A DNA stretch of 64,000 bases from Acidimicrobiales bacterium (GCA_050744325.1 JBOGHK010000015.1:11998-75997), one strand, 5' to 3'; positions 28,701 through 37,255 are shown, counted from the stretch's first letter. The notes: generated from the sequence alone by a model not told the origin. Numbers and translations: made by a program.

Positions 28701-30968
28701 TCCCGCCAGCGCCAACCCCGTCGACACCGCCTCGGTCAACAGTGCCATCTGGGCCGCGAACTCGGCGGCGCTCTCGCTGGTGGCCAGCTGCCGACGCCAC
28801 CCCTCGGCAACGGCCCGCGCCCGGTTGACCGCCGCGAGCACCTCGGACACGGCCTGCAGGACCCGGGTCCGCTCGGTCGGGTCGTCGATGCGCAGGCCCT
28901 CGACGACCTCGGTCAGCAGGGCCATCTGCTCAGCGACGACGGTCAGATCGGCCACAGCCGCCATCACCAGCGACGCGGTGCCTGCTGCCTCGGCCGCGGC
29001 CTGCAGGTCGGCGACCCGGGTCAGGTACGGGGCGAACGCGCCGTCGGCCAGCACGAACTCGACCATCTCGCCGGCCAGGGCATCGAAGGCTTCGGCGACA
29101 CGGGTCTCGACCGCCGTGATCCGCTCCAGGTCGGCGTAACGCATGTCGCGCAGCGACACCAGGCGTCCGCGCTGGCTGCGGAGCCGCCCGAGCCCCTCGA
29201 CGAAGCTCTGGACGTCGGAGCGCTCGGCACCGCCGAGCTGGCGTCGCAGACTCGCGAAGTCGGTCTCCGCCGCCTCGGTGGCCTCGACGGCCTCGCGACG
29301 CAGCGCGTCGACCTTCTCGAACTCGTCGATGACCAGCTCGGCCGTGGCGTGCAGCTCGCGCAGCGGGCTTCCCAGCTCGCCGACCTGCGGATCGTCGAGC
29401 CAGTGGTGGGCGTCGCCGAACCGCTCGGCCCGCGCCACCAGCTCCTCGTAGGACGCCATCGACGGCGCCTGGTCGGCGACCAGCCGCTCGATCGAATAGG
29501 CGTCGCTGATCGCCCGCACCAGCTCGGCGTTGCCCACCACGTGGAGGAACGACGACCCTGCCTCCTGGCCCGCCTCGACGGCGTGCTCGTCGGAGGTGAA
29601 CGGGGTCCGCCAGATCTGCATCGGGTGGATGCGACTTGCCTCGCCGTTCTCGGCCCGGAACAGCACCAGCGTGCCGTCGTCGTAGAGGGCGTAGCCGTTG
29701 CACACGACCTGTTGGGCGACCTGCTTGGTGATCAGGTTGTAGGGCAGCAGGTTGGTACGGCCCTCGACCCGCTCGTGGAACACGTAGAGCACGTCCTCGC
29801 CGTTGGGCGACCGGCGGGCCTCGACGAAGATCATCGACTCGGATGCGACGCCCTCGAAGGTCTTCTGCGCCCCCGTTGCCAGGTAGTAGCCCCCGGGGAA
29901 GATCAGCCCGTGGTCCTCGGGGAGCTGCTGGCAGGCCCAGCCGATCGCGTCGACCCGGTCGACCTGTCGGGTGCGCCGGTTGAAGACCAGGTGCCGCCAG
30001 GCCCGCTCCTTGTAGGGGCGGACCCGCAGGAGCAGCACTCCACCGACGTCGGCGAAGGCGATGTCGGCGTCGGCCAACGACTGGGTCGGCTGCTCGACCG
30101 GCTCGGAGTAGATCCCCTCGCCCGTCTCGGTGTTGTCCTCGACCTTGATGGTCAGGTCGCCACGGGTGGTCTCGACGAAGACCTCGTCGCCCACGTTCAC
30201 GTGCGGGAAGCGACCGCCGACGTGCTGGTCGCGGGTGGTCTCGGTCCACTCGAAGTCGTGGGCCGGCGGGAACACGTGCTCACGCTCACCCCGGTCGTCG
30301 ATGTAGCGCACCGCACCGTCCGGCCCGACGGCCCAGCGGAACACCTTGAGGTCGCCCACGGCTCGACCGGTCTGGAACACAGCCAGCAGGCGACCCTCGA
30401 CCCGCCGTAGCTGCACCAGCTTGGTGTTCTTGTAGTAGCGGAACAGCTCGCCGAAGTCGGCGGCGAAACGGGCGTCGCTCAGGAAGTTCGCGGGATCGTC
30501 CGCGGCTACCGGATGCAGCTCGAAGTCCTCGCCCCTGCCGTTGCCGCCGGCCGGCCGCCTCAGGCGGTACAACCCGAGGACGTCTGCCACCTTGGTCTCC
30601 GTGCGGAGGCCGATGAACACGTTGTATCCGAACAGCAGCAGGTCGCCGACGGTGACAGCGTCGCGGGGCACGCAGTTGTTCTCGGTGCGGATCCGCGCGC
30701 GGCCCACCAGTGCCATCTCGGACGTGCCGAACGCAGCCAGGCGCGCCTCGTTGAGCCGGTTGGCGCGGGCAGCGAGGTCGCGGGCCTGCTCGGCCAGTCG
30801 GGAACGCAGCAGCTCGTAGGTCCCGGTCCCCCGCGGGACGCTGGCGGCCGAGACGACCACGCCAGCCCCGTCGCCCTCGTCGCTCGCCTCGGCGACCGGT
30901 TCCGGTGCCGACGCGCCTGCTTCTCCACCAGGGGTCACCGGATCGGCCGGATCATCGCTCTGCGGCAT
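25761..30968 (-). CDS. Giant (1735-aa) multidomain protein with an N-terminal domain of unknown function, a long alpha-helical middle region and a C-terminal AAA_5 (MoxR/midasin-type) ATPase module
   Basis: Walker A SPPGYGKTTLMEY (about nt 26829-26846), Walker B LLYLDDIQH, AAA_5 sensor/Arg region VCMAGNPYTESGKRFRVPDMLANRA. Start 11 nt downstream of the flotillin stop. Confidence 0.8.
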   Translation of the reverse strand: MPQSDDPADPVTPGGEAGASAPEPVAEASDEGDGAGVVVSAASVPRGTGTYELLRSRLAEQARDLAARANRLNEARLAAFGTSEMALVGRARIRTENNCVPRDAVTVGDLLLFGYNVFIGLRTETKVADVLGLYRLRRPAGGNGRGEDFELHPVAADDPANFLSDARFAADFGELFRYYKNTKLVQLRRVEGRLLAVFQTGRAVGDLKVFRWAVGPDGAVRYIDDRGEREHVFPPAHDFEWTETTRDQHVGGRFPHVNVGDEVFVETTRGDLTIKVEDNTETGEGIYSEPVEQPTQSLADADIAFADVGGVLLLRVRPYKERAWRHLVFNRRTRQVDRVDAIGWACQQLPEDHGLIFPGGYYLATGAQKTFEGVASESMIFVEARRSPNGEDVLYVFHERVEGRTNLLPYNLITKQVAQQVVCNGYALYDDGTLVLFRAENGEASRIHPMQIWRTPFTSDEHAVEAGQEAGSSFLHVVGNAELVRAISDAYSIERLVADQAPSMASYEELVARAERFGDAHHWLDDPQVGELGSPLRELHATAELVIDEFEKVDALRREAVEATEAAETDFASLRRQLGGAERSDVQSFVEGLGRLRSQRGRLVSLRDMRYADLERITAVETRVAEAFDALAGEMVEFVLADGAFAPYLTRVADLQAAAEAAGTASLVMAAVADLTVVAEQMALLTEVVEGLRIDDPTERTRVLQAVSEVLAAVNRARAVAEGWRRQLATSESAAEFAAQMALLTEAVSTGLALAGSPDDCDSQLSQLLARLEGLESRFGNVEAHLDALATRRDDVYEAFSSRKQTLLDERQRQADRLMANGERVLETIARRVAQLGSLDEVNAYFVADPMVDRLRDIVDRLRTVADGVRADELEGRLVAARQEAGRTLRDRHDLFEDGAEVIRLGDHRFTVNTQPVDLTLVPREGRLDLAVTGTDFRQRLDDDPASREALAGTEPYWGQALVSETGEVYRAEFLATAMLTDAERGEAGLTIDALAAAAAPAAAAGAGGQLELVQRYAADRYDEGYERGVHDHDAALILHQLVLAYQGAELLRWPPRPRALACVFWGLCADEPLRVEWQHRARSLARLRASFGSTAAIEQFQAEMATGLTRFLTDPAAKSGEGPPDSGRSSPSFERPGSVVAGGIEVHPDDARAAAAYLFEELGQPTLSFATSGQAVRLRDALWSHLRATRQRRAFTADLAALGSLDARWQLVEAWLRGLVDASDDPEVTALAPDVDEATVLILTEGSTLPRTTSSALRTVTVSGLVAQHPRIEGGNLALRLDEILDRTSRFRHGRVPGFRRWVQARERVLDDARRRLRIGELRPKVMSAFVRNHLVDQVYLPLVGANLARQLGTVGAGRRSDQMGLLLLISPPGYGKTTLMEYLASRLGLVFVKVNGPALGNGVTSVDPAEAPNATARQEVEKVSFALEMGNNVLLYLDDIQHTSPELLQKFISLCDAQRRMEAVWRGRTRTYDLRGKRFAVCMAGNPYTESGKRFRVPDMLANRADVYNLGDVLTGREDLFALSYVENALTANPVLAPLAGRDLDDVPLLLRMVGGDDIPADRLGHHYSSVELGDVLSVLGTLRSIQQVVTTVNDAYIASASQDDAYRSEPPFLLQGSYRNMNKLVERVVPGMTTAEVEALVDDHYRSEAQTLTTGAEHNLLKLAELRGRQSGQDAERWEQVKRSFTRVQALGRDDDPMTRVAGQLGLIGDRLGDLRDALSTDDDARSGGDQR

Positions 30969-30979
30969 GGCTCAGGCCC

Positions 30980-33022
30980 TCAGGAGCGAGAGATGTCGCC
31001 GATGCGGACGTCGCCGATGCCCAGCTCCTTGGCGCGGACGAGGAGCTGGTTGAGGCGCTCGCGGCCCTCGGCCTCGCCATTGCCGCCACCATCGGTGTCG
31101 GTCTCACCGCCGCGGGCCAGCATCCGGGTCAACAGGGCGGTCAGGGTCAGGTCGCGGAGCCCCTCCGTCGGCAGGTCGGCCAGCACCTGGCGGATGTCGG
31201 CGGGCAGGTCGCGTGAGCCGTCGAGGTAGCCGCCGAGCAGGGCCTGCGCGGTGGACGAGTGCTCGATGGCGCCGTCGACCGCCTTGCCCATCGTGATCGC
31301 ACCAGCCAGGCGGTCGAAGAAGACCGCGTCGCCGCCGATGATGTCGATGTCGGCCCGCTCCAGGCCCTTGGCGATGACCTCGGCCTGGCTCTCGGCGACC
31401 TGGCGCCGGGCCTCGATCTCGGACAGCTGCACCTCCTTGAGCGCGTCGATGCGCATGCGGTACTCCTCGTGGCCGCGGCTCGACTCGTCGAGAGCCTGCA
31501 TGGCGGTGGCCTTCTCGCTCAGGCCGTTGGCCTCGCCGAGCAGCCGCGCCTCCAGGGCCGCGCCCTCGGCGGCACCGATCTCGCGGGCCACCTTCGCCTG
31601 GACCAGCCCCTGGGCCTCGGTGGCCTCGGCGTCGGCCTGCTTGACCTGGACGTCGGCCAGGCCCGCCGCTGCGGACTCGGCCTGGATGCCCTCCGCCAGC
31701 CGGATCTTGGCCCGGGCAGTCAGGTCGGACGACTGCAACTCGGCCTCAGCCAGCTTGATCTGCTCCGCGGCTCGGTGGATCGCCGACTGCTCGGCGGCCT
31801 CAGCCGCTTTGATGTCCTTGACCAGCGCTTCCTGGGCCTGCGCCTCGGCGGCGATGATCACCGCTTCCTTGTCGCGGTTGGCCTCCTCGACGGTCTGGAG
31901 GCGCTTGATCGCCTCCTCCTGCTCGACCACGGTCTTGTCGACCGCCACCCGTTCGCGCACGACGTCGGCGATGTTGCGCTTCTCGACCTCGACCTCTTTG
32001 TCCTTCGCGATCGTCTGCAGTTCGACCTCGCGATCGCGGGCGATGACCTCGAGCTGGCGGTCCTTCTCGATGCGCTCCTTCTCGACGGCTACGACCCGGT
32101 CACGGTTGAGCGATGCGACCGCGACCTCGCGCTCGAGGTTCTGCTGCTGGACGCCGACCTGCTGGTCGGTGGTTAGACGGGCGGATTCATGCTTGAGCCG
32201 TTCCTCGGCCTGGATGCGCAGGATCTCCGCGCTCTCCCGCGCCCTGACCGTCTCGATCTCGCGATTGGCGCGTGCTTCGGCATCGGCCTGCTGGCGCTGC
32301 AGTTCGAGGATCGCCTCGGTCGCCTCGACGTCCTGCTTGGTGATCTGCTTGCGCTCGGTGTTGCGGTATTCGTTGGTCCGTACGGCCTCGACCGCGGTGA
32401 GCTCGGTGATCTTGCGGATGCCCTGCGCGTCGAGGATGTTCTTCGGGTCGAGCGCCGAGACCGGGGTCTGCTCCAGATAGTCGATGGCCGCGTCTTCAAG
32501 CACGTAGCCGTTCAGGTCGGTGCCGATGACGTTGATGATGTGGTCGCGAAACTCGTTGCGTTTGGTGTAGAGGTCGACGAAGTCGAGTTGCTTGCCGACG
32601 GTCTTGAGCGCCTCGGCGAACTTCGCGTTGAACAGCTCGTCGAGCGTGAGCCGGTCCGAGGCGCGGGCGCAGCCGATCGACTGCGCGACCTTGATGACGT
32701 CCTCGGCGGTCTTGTTGACCTTCACGAAGAAGGTGACCTTGATGTCCGCGCGGATGTTGTCGCGGCAGATCAGCCCTTCGGCGCCACGTCGGTCGATGTC
32801 GATGGTCTTGACCGAGATGTCCATGATCTCGGCCTTGTGGACGATGGGCAGCACCACCTGGCCCGTGAAGGTCACCTTCACGCTGCGCATGGTGCTGATG
32901 ATCAGGGCCTTGCCCTGCTCCACCTTGCGGTAGAGGCGCGTCACCATCCACAACGCCCCCACGAGGACCAAAGCCATCACGATCGCCACGACGATCACGC
33001 CACCCGCCAGCACGTCAGACAT
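30980..33022 (-). CDS. Flotillin-like SPFH/Band-7 protein (FloT/YuaG-type, long form)
   Basis: N-terminal TM helix VIVVAIVMALVLVGALWMV, SPFH domain, long EA-rich coiled-coil and a C-terminal flotillin region. Start at M95 of the listed ORF (ATG 33022, ggagag RBS). Confidence 0.85.
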   Translation of the reverse strand: MSDVLAGGVIVVAIVMALVLVGALWMVTRLYRKVEQGKALIISTMRSVKVTFTGQVVLPIVHKAEIMDISVKTIDIDRRGAEGLICRDNIRADIKVTFFVKVNKTAEDVIKVAQSIGCARASDRLTLDELFNAKFAEALKTVGKQLDFVDLYTKRNEFRDHIINVIGTDLNGYVLEDAAIDYLEQTPVSALDPKNILDAQGIRKITELTAVEAVRTNEYRNTERKQITKQDVEATEAILELQRQQADAEARANREIETVRARESAEILRIQAEERLKHESARLTTDQQVGVQQQNLEREVAVASLNRDRVVAVEKERIEKDRQLEVIARDREVELQTIAKDKEVEVEKRNIADVVRERVAVDKTVVEQEEAIKRLQTVEEANRDKEAVIIAAEAQAQEALVKDIKAAEAAEQSAIHRAAEQIKLAEAELQSSDLTARAKIRLAEGIQAESAAAGLADVQVKQADAEATEAQGLVQAKVAREIGAAEGAALEARLLGEANGLSEKATAMQALDESSRGHEEYRMRIDALKEVQLSEIEARRQVAESQAEVIAKGLERADIDIIGGDAVFFDRLAGAITMGKAVDGAIEHSSTAQALLGGYLDGSRDLPADIRQVLADLPTEGLRDLTLTALLTRMLARGGETDTDGGGNGEAEGRERLNQLLVRAKELGIGDVRIGDISRS

Positions 33023-33078
33023 GTCTTGCTCTCCAGCTCTCGAACCACCCGGGACGCCACCCCCCGTGGTGAAGGGGT

Positions 33079-33762
33079 CTAGGGACCCGGTTCCGCCGTC
33101 CCAAGAACGTCGTCGACCGGGCAGACCACGAACACCTCCGCCGCGGGGTCGTAGTCGACGATAAGCGCAGACGACCCTCTGCGCAGGTCGGCCTCCTGGT
33201 CGGTGGGGCTCATCCGGACCTGGAGCAGCACCGTTGCACCGGAGCCGTCGGACGCCTCGGCCTGGCCGAAGCTGTCGGTGACCGTCGTCGTCCGGACGAT
33301 GCACGTGCGGCCGACGAACGCCTGCCGGCCTTCGGCCTCGGTGGAGGCGAAGAGCCGGGCCAGCGGCCGCGTGACCACCGACGCCACCAGCACCCCGGCG
33401 GCGAGGGCAAGGGCCAGCACCACCAGCCCGAGCAGGATCGCGGCGACGACCGGGACGTCGGCGGCGTTGGCCAGCCCGGTGCCGAGCAGGGCCACGAACC
33501 AGCCGCCGAGCACGACGACGCTCAGCGAGACCGTCAGCGGAACCCCGGCGAGGCCGAGCGAGTGCAGCACCCCGTCGCCGCCGACCCCGTCGCCGCCGGC
33601 ACCGCCGTCGGCAGCAACCTCGAGGTCGACCCCGTCGGCCCCGTCCAGGTCGACGTCGACCACCCCCACCAGAACCGTGACCCAGTAGAGCACCACCAGT
33701 CCCAACAGAACGGTGAAGAGAACGGCCGGAAAGCCGAGAGCAGCATCAAGAAACGCGTCCAT
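33079..33762 (-). CDS. NfeD-like membrane protein (YuaF-like flotillin partner with C-terminal OB fold)
   Basis: Multi-TM N-terminal half and a soluble C-terminal beta domain (IVRTTTVTDSFGQAEASDGSGATVLLQVR). Lies directly upstream of the flotillin gene, as in yuaF-floT operons. Confidence 0.7.
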   Translation of the reverse strand: MDAFLDAALGFPAVLFTVLLGLVVLYWVTVLVGVVDVDLDGADGVDLEVAADGGAGGDGVGGDGVLHSLGLAGVPLTVSLSVVVLGGWFVALLGTGLANAADVPVVAAILLGLVVLALALAAGVLVASVVTRPLARLFASTEAEGRQAFVGRTCIVRTTTVTDSFGQAEASDGSGATVLLQVRMSPTDQEADLRRGSSALIVDYDPAAEVFVVCPVDDVLGTAEPGP

Positions 33763-33852
33763 GGCCCGCAGCCCGGACGTTAGTCCTGCCCGCCCCCGAG
33801 CAGCCCGCGGCGTAGCGCCGCACACCCGCGAGATCTTCGACAGCCACCTAGC

Positions 33853-33876
33853 GGGAGGGGGACAAGTCCCCCTCCC
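33853..33876. other. Perfect GC-rich hairpin GGGAGGGGGAC-aa-GTCCCCCTCCC in the divergent intergenic region
   Basis: 11-bp perfect inverted repeat with a 2-nt loop and no T tract. It lies between the nfeD start and the HNH gene start. Confidence 0.6.
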
Positions 33877-34105
33877 GGCCTCCCCCGGCGCGAGTCCTCA
33901 CGGAGCAGCCGTGGGATTTCGGCCGCGCGCCCGGCCAGGGACGGGCCGCCAGGGTGGGTCTGGGTGTCGCCGCCACCGGCTGAGGGTCGTGTGGCGGGGG
34001 TTGTCAGGCTGGCTCGCCAGGGTCTTTCTTCCCGACGTGCGTGACCAGGACGTATGTTCGTGTGGTTGGCCGGGGTGGCGCGTTATGGTCCTCTAGTATG
34101 TTCAC

Positions 34106-35353
34106 ATGCCTGCAACGGTCTCTCAGGGCAAGACCAGTCATCCCGCCTCCCCGGTGTGGGCCGACGACGACACCCTCATCGCACGGCTCGCCCGCGTGGG
34201 CGCGGAGCTAGACGGTCTGGTCGACTACGACCTGGACGGGGTGGACCGCGGCGAGCTGGGTGACGCCCTGGTGGTGTCCCAGCAGCTCCGTGCCAAGCTG
34301 ACCGCGGTCGAAGCCGGGTTGGTGGGGTGTTTCGACGCGGCGCGGTCGTATCGGGCCGAAGGGTCCCGATCCACCGCCACCTGGCTGGCGCAGCGGTCCA
34401 ACACGCCCCGCCAGACGATCCAGGCGGTCGTTCGCCTAGCCCGCCGGCTCCGGAGCATGCCTGCGACGCGGGCGGCGTTAGGGGAGGGCCGGTTGGCACC
34501 GGAGCGGGCCGAGGTCCTGGCCCGCCAAGCCGGGTCGCCCCGCAAGCCCGTCGCGGACGCGTTCGTTGTGGACGAGGACGAACTCGTCGATTCGGCGGTG
34601 CAAGAGGGGTTCGGGGAGTTCTGCCGCCAGGTCGGTTATTGGCGTGACCGGGTCGATCCCGACGGCGGCGAACCTCACGCCGACAAGCTCCACGACCAGC
34701 GCCGCGTCCACCTCTCGCAGTCCTTCGAGGGCCAATGGTTCCTCGACGGGCTTCTCGAGCCCATCGCTGGCGAGGAGGTCCACGAATCGCTACGGCGCAT
34801 CTACGACGAGCTGCACCGCAGCGACCGCCGTGCTGCGGAGGCAATCCACGGCGAGGGCTGTGCGGAGGACCTACTAGCCCGGACGGCGCCGCAGCGCCGC
34901 GCCGACGCCCTGGTCGAGATGGCCCGCCGCGCCATGGCCGCCCCAGCCGGTTCACGCCAGCCGCGGCCCCTCGTTAGCGTGCTGGTGGGCTACGAGACCT
35001 TCCATGGCCCGGTCCGCGAGATGTTCAACCGCACCGTGCTCACCTCAGGCCAGATCGCCCGGCTGTTGACCGACGCCGACATCGAACGCATCGTGTTCGC
35101 CCCCGCCAGCCGCAACATCAGCGACCTCGGCCGCAAGACCAGATTGTTCACCGCGGCGCAACGCCGCGTCGTGGAGATCCGTGACCGCACCTGCTGGCAC
35201 CCCGACTGCGACGAACCCGCCGAGAGATGCGACATGGACCATCGGCCCCACGGATGGGCCGAAGGCGGCCGTACCGACATCTGCAACTGCCGCCCCGGCT
35301 GCCCATTGCACAACCGAGTCACCCCCAACACGGGCACTGACCCACCCACCTAG
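34106..35353 (+). CDS. DUF222 / 13E12-repeat-family protein with C-terminal HNH endonuclease motif
   Basis: Typical DUF222 N-terminal region (LVDYDLDGVDRGELGDALVVSQQLRAKLTAVEAGLV), a SDLGRKTRLFTAAQRRVV stretch, and HNH Cys/His residues (CWHPDCDEP...CDMDHRP...CRPGC). Possible leaderless start 6 nt after TAGTAT. Confidence 0.8.
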   Translation: MPATVSQGKTSHPASPVWADDDTLIARLARVGAELDGLVDYDLDGVDRGELGDALVVSQQLRAKLTAVEAGLVGCFDAARSYRAEGSRSTATWLAQRSNTPRQTIQAVVRLARRLRSMPATRAALGEGRLAPERAEVLARQAGSPRKPVADAFVVDEDELVDSAVQEGFGEFCRQVGYWRDRVDPDGGEPHADKLHDQRRVHLSQSFEGQWFLDGLLEPIAGEEVHESLRRIYDELHRSDRRAAEAIHGEGCAEDLLARTAPQRRADALVEMARRAMAAPAGSRQPRPLVSVLVGYETFHGPVREMFNRTVLTSGQIARLLTDADIERIVFAPASRNISDLGRKTRLFTAAQRRVVEIRDRTCWHPDCDEPAERCDMDHRPHGWAEGGRTDICNCRPGCPLHNRVTPNTGTDPPT

Positions 35354-35382
35354 ATCACACCCACCTTCACGGAGTCGCTCGG

Positions 35383-36063
35383 CTAGAACAAGCAGCCCTG
35401 GGGATCGGGGCGGAGGTAGCGAGGGATGCCGGTCCAGGGGAGGCCGTCCATGAAGATCCAGCTGCGACGGTGGATCGCGGAGGGGCCGACTCCCCGCAGC
35501 GCCGCCTTGTGCCGGGGGCACGGGTAGCCCTTGTTGGCGTCGAACCACCAGCAGGGATAGTGCTCGGCTTCGGCCTGCATGATCCGGTCGCGGGTCACCT
35601 TCGCCAGGATCGACGCCGCGGCGATCGACAGGCAGTGGGCATCACCCCGGACGATCCTCTCGGTGATGCCGCCACCGACGAAGTCCCACTTGCCGTCGAG
35701 CAGCACCCGGTCGGGCCGGAGCCCCAGCCCTTCGAGCGCCCGGAGCGCCGCCAGCCGCTGGGCCTCGCTCATGCCCAGCTCGTCGCATTCGGCGGCGGTG
35801 GCATGGCCAACCGACCAGGCGACGCACCAGCCGGCGATCCGGTCGAACAGCGCCTCGCGCTCGGTGGGGGTCAGCTGCTTCGAGTCGCGGATCTTGTAGA
35901 CCCGACGGTCCCGCGGCAGCACGGCGGCGCCAAGTGTGAGCGGTCCTGCCCACGCGCCCCGTCCGACCTCGTCCATGCCCACGACGACCTGGTGACCGGC
36001 ATCCCACAACGCCCGTTCGCGAGTCAGCGACGGGGAGGCCCGCCTGAGCGACGGCCGCAGCAT
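35383..36063 (-). CDS. rnhB: Ribonuclease HII
   Basis: VVVGMDEVGRGAWAGPL and DSKQLTPTEREALFDRI motifs. Start at M221 of the listed ORF (ATG 36063). Confidence 0.85.
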   Translation of the reverse strand: MLRPSLRRASPSLTRERALWDAGHQVVVGMDEVGRGAWAGPLTLGAAVLPRDRRVYKIRDSKQLTPTEREALFDRIAGWCVAWSVGHATAAECDELGMSEAQRLAALRALEGLGLRPDRVLLDGKWDFVGGGITERIVRGDAHCLSIAAASILAKVTRDRIMQAEAEHYPCWWFDANKGYPCPRHKAALRGVGPSAIHRRSWIFMDGLPWTGIPRYLRPDPQGCLF

Positions 36064-36205
36064 CGGCGAGTTGGGCGGAGTCGACTCGATGCCCGGGAGG
36101 ACGGCCACCGCCCGACAGTACCCCCTGCGGCTCGACCCGTGATCTGTCCCGTCGCCGGCAACGCGAGCCGTCGACAGTCGGATCCGACGGCGGCGTGACG
36201 GTCCT

Positions 36206-36307
36206 CTCCAGCGTGTTCGACCGCGACGAGGTCCGTCGACGGCGCACCCGCACCATCTCCAGCGTGTTCGACCGCGACGAGGTCCGCCGACGGCGCACCC
36301 GCACCAT
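36206..36307. repeat. Intergenic 51-nt direct tandem duplication (2 copies, 1 mismatch)
   Basis: ctccagcgtgttcgaccgcgacgaggtccg(t/c)cgacggcgcacccgcaccat x2, between the rnhB start and the ppk2 start. Confidence 0.85.
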
Positions 36308-36393
36308 CTGGCCGACGTGAGCTGCGCCATCGGTCGCTCCGCGGCACCAGCGCGCGGTGACATCGCCGTCGCGTTGGGGTATATCCCCTCGCC

Positions 36394-37197
36394 GTGGACC
36401 GCTATCGCGTCACCAACGGGAGGGACTTCCGTCTCGCCGACTGGGATCCGGGCGTCACCGGCAGCTTCGACGGAGGCAAGGCCGAGGCGCGGGACGAGCT
36501 CGACGGCCTGACCTCGCACCTCGACGACTTGCAGGAGCAGCTCTATGCGAACGGCCAGCGCCGGGTGCTGGTCGTGTTGCAGGGCATGGACACCTCGGGC
36601 AAGGGCGGCACGATCCGCAAGGTGTTCGACGGTGTCGACCCGTCCGGCGTGCGGGTCGCAGCGTTCAAGGCACCGACGGAGGCCGAGCTGGCACGCGACT
36701 TCCTCTGGCGTGTCCACCCCCACGTCCCACGGAACGGCGAGCTAGTGATCTTCGACCGGAGCCACTACGAGGACGTGCTGATCGTGCGGGTTCGCGGCCT
36801 GGTCCCGGCGAAGCAGTGGAAGGCGCGGTATCGCCACATTCGCGACTTCGAGCGGATGTTGGCCGCCGAGGGAACGGTGATCCTCAAGTTCTTCCTACAC
36901 ATCTCCGAGGACGAGCAGCAGGAGCGCTTGCAGGCCCGGCTCGACAATCCCGACAAGCACTGGAAGTTCCGGGTCGCCGACCTGGAGGAGCGCAAGCGGT
37001 GGGACGACTATCAGCTGGCGTACGAGGCCGCGATCCGCGAGACGGCCGCGCCGCATGCTCCGTGGTTCGTGGTCCCCGCCAACCGCAAGTGGTACCGGAA
37101 CCTGGTCGTGTGCCGGACGCTGGTGACGACCCTGGAGGGGCTCGGCCTCGACTACCCGCCGTCGCCCGACGACCTCAGCAACGTGGTGGTCGACTGA
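36394..37197 (+). CDS. ppk2: Polyphosphate kinase 2 (PPK2, polyphosphate:nucleotide phosphotransferase)
   Basis: Walker A-like GMDTSGKGGTIRKV and the PPK2 lid region FDRSHYEDVLIVRV. Confidence 0.85.
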   Translation: MDRYRVTNGRDFRLADWDPGVTGSFDGGKAEARDELDGLTSHLDDLQEQLYANGQRRVLVVLQGMDTSGKGGTIRKVFDGVDPSGVRVAAFKAPTEAELARDFLWRVHPHVPRNGELVIFDRSHYEDVLIVRVRGLVPAKQWKARYRHIRDFERMLAAEGTVILKFFLHISEDEQQERLQARLDNPDKHWKFRVADLEERKRWDDYQLAYEAAIRETAAPHAPWFVVPANRKWYRNLVVCRTLVTTLEGLGLDYPPSPDDLSNVVVD

Positions 37198-37255
37198 CGG
37201 CCGGCGGGCGTCTGTTCCCTTGGGCAGTCACCGTCCGGACCACCCGCACGAACGG

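Noticed and set aside
25731-30410. Multiple long ORFs on both strands (for example 25731..27578 +, 26467..27420 -, 28930..30249 -, 29349..30410 +)
   Set aside because: All are internal alternative frames of the 1735-aa giant gene. Their translations are Arg/Gly/Pro-rich with no motifs, whereas the chosen frame contains Walker A/B and continuous non-repetitive sequence.
33023-33304. 94-codon N-terminal extension of the flotillin ORF (and similar extensions on the rnhB, GH63-like, CoA-transferase, Thr-dehydratase, HIT, gpsA and fbiD ORFs)
   Set aside because: Extensions are low-complexity Arg/Gly/Pro with no family conservation. Internal ATG/GTG starts coincide with conserved family N-termini, RBS-like purine runs or stop/start overlaps with upstream genes.
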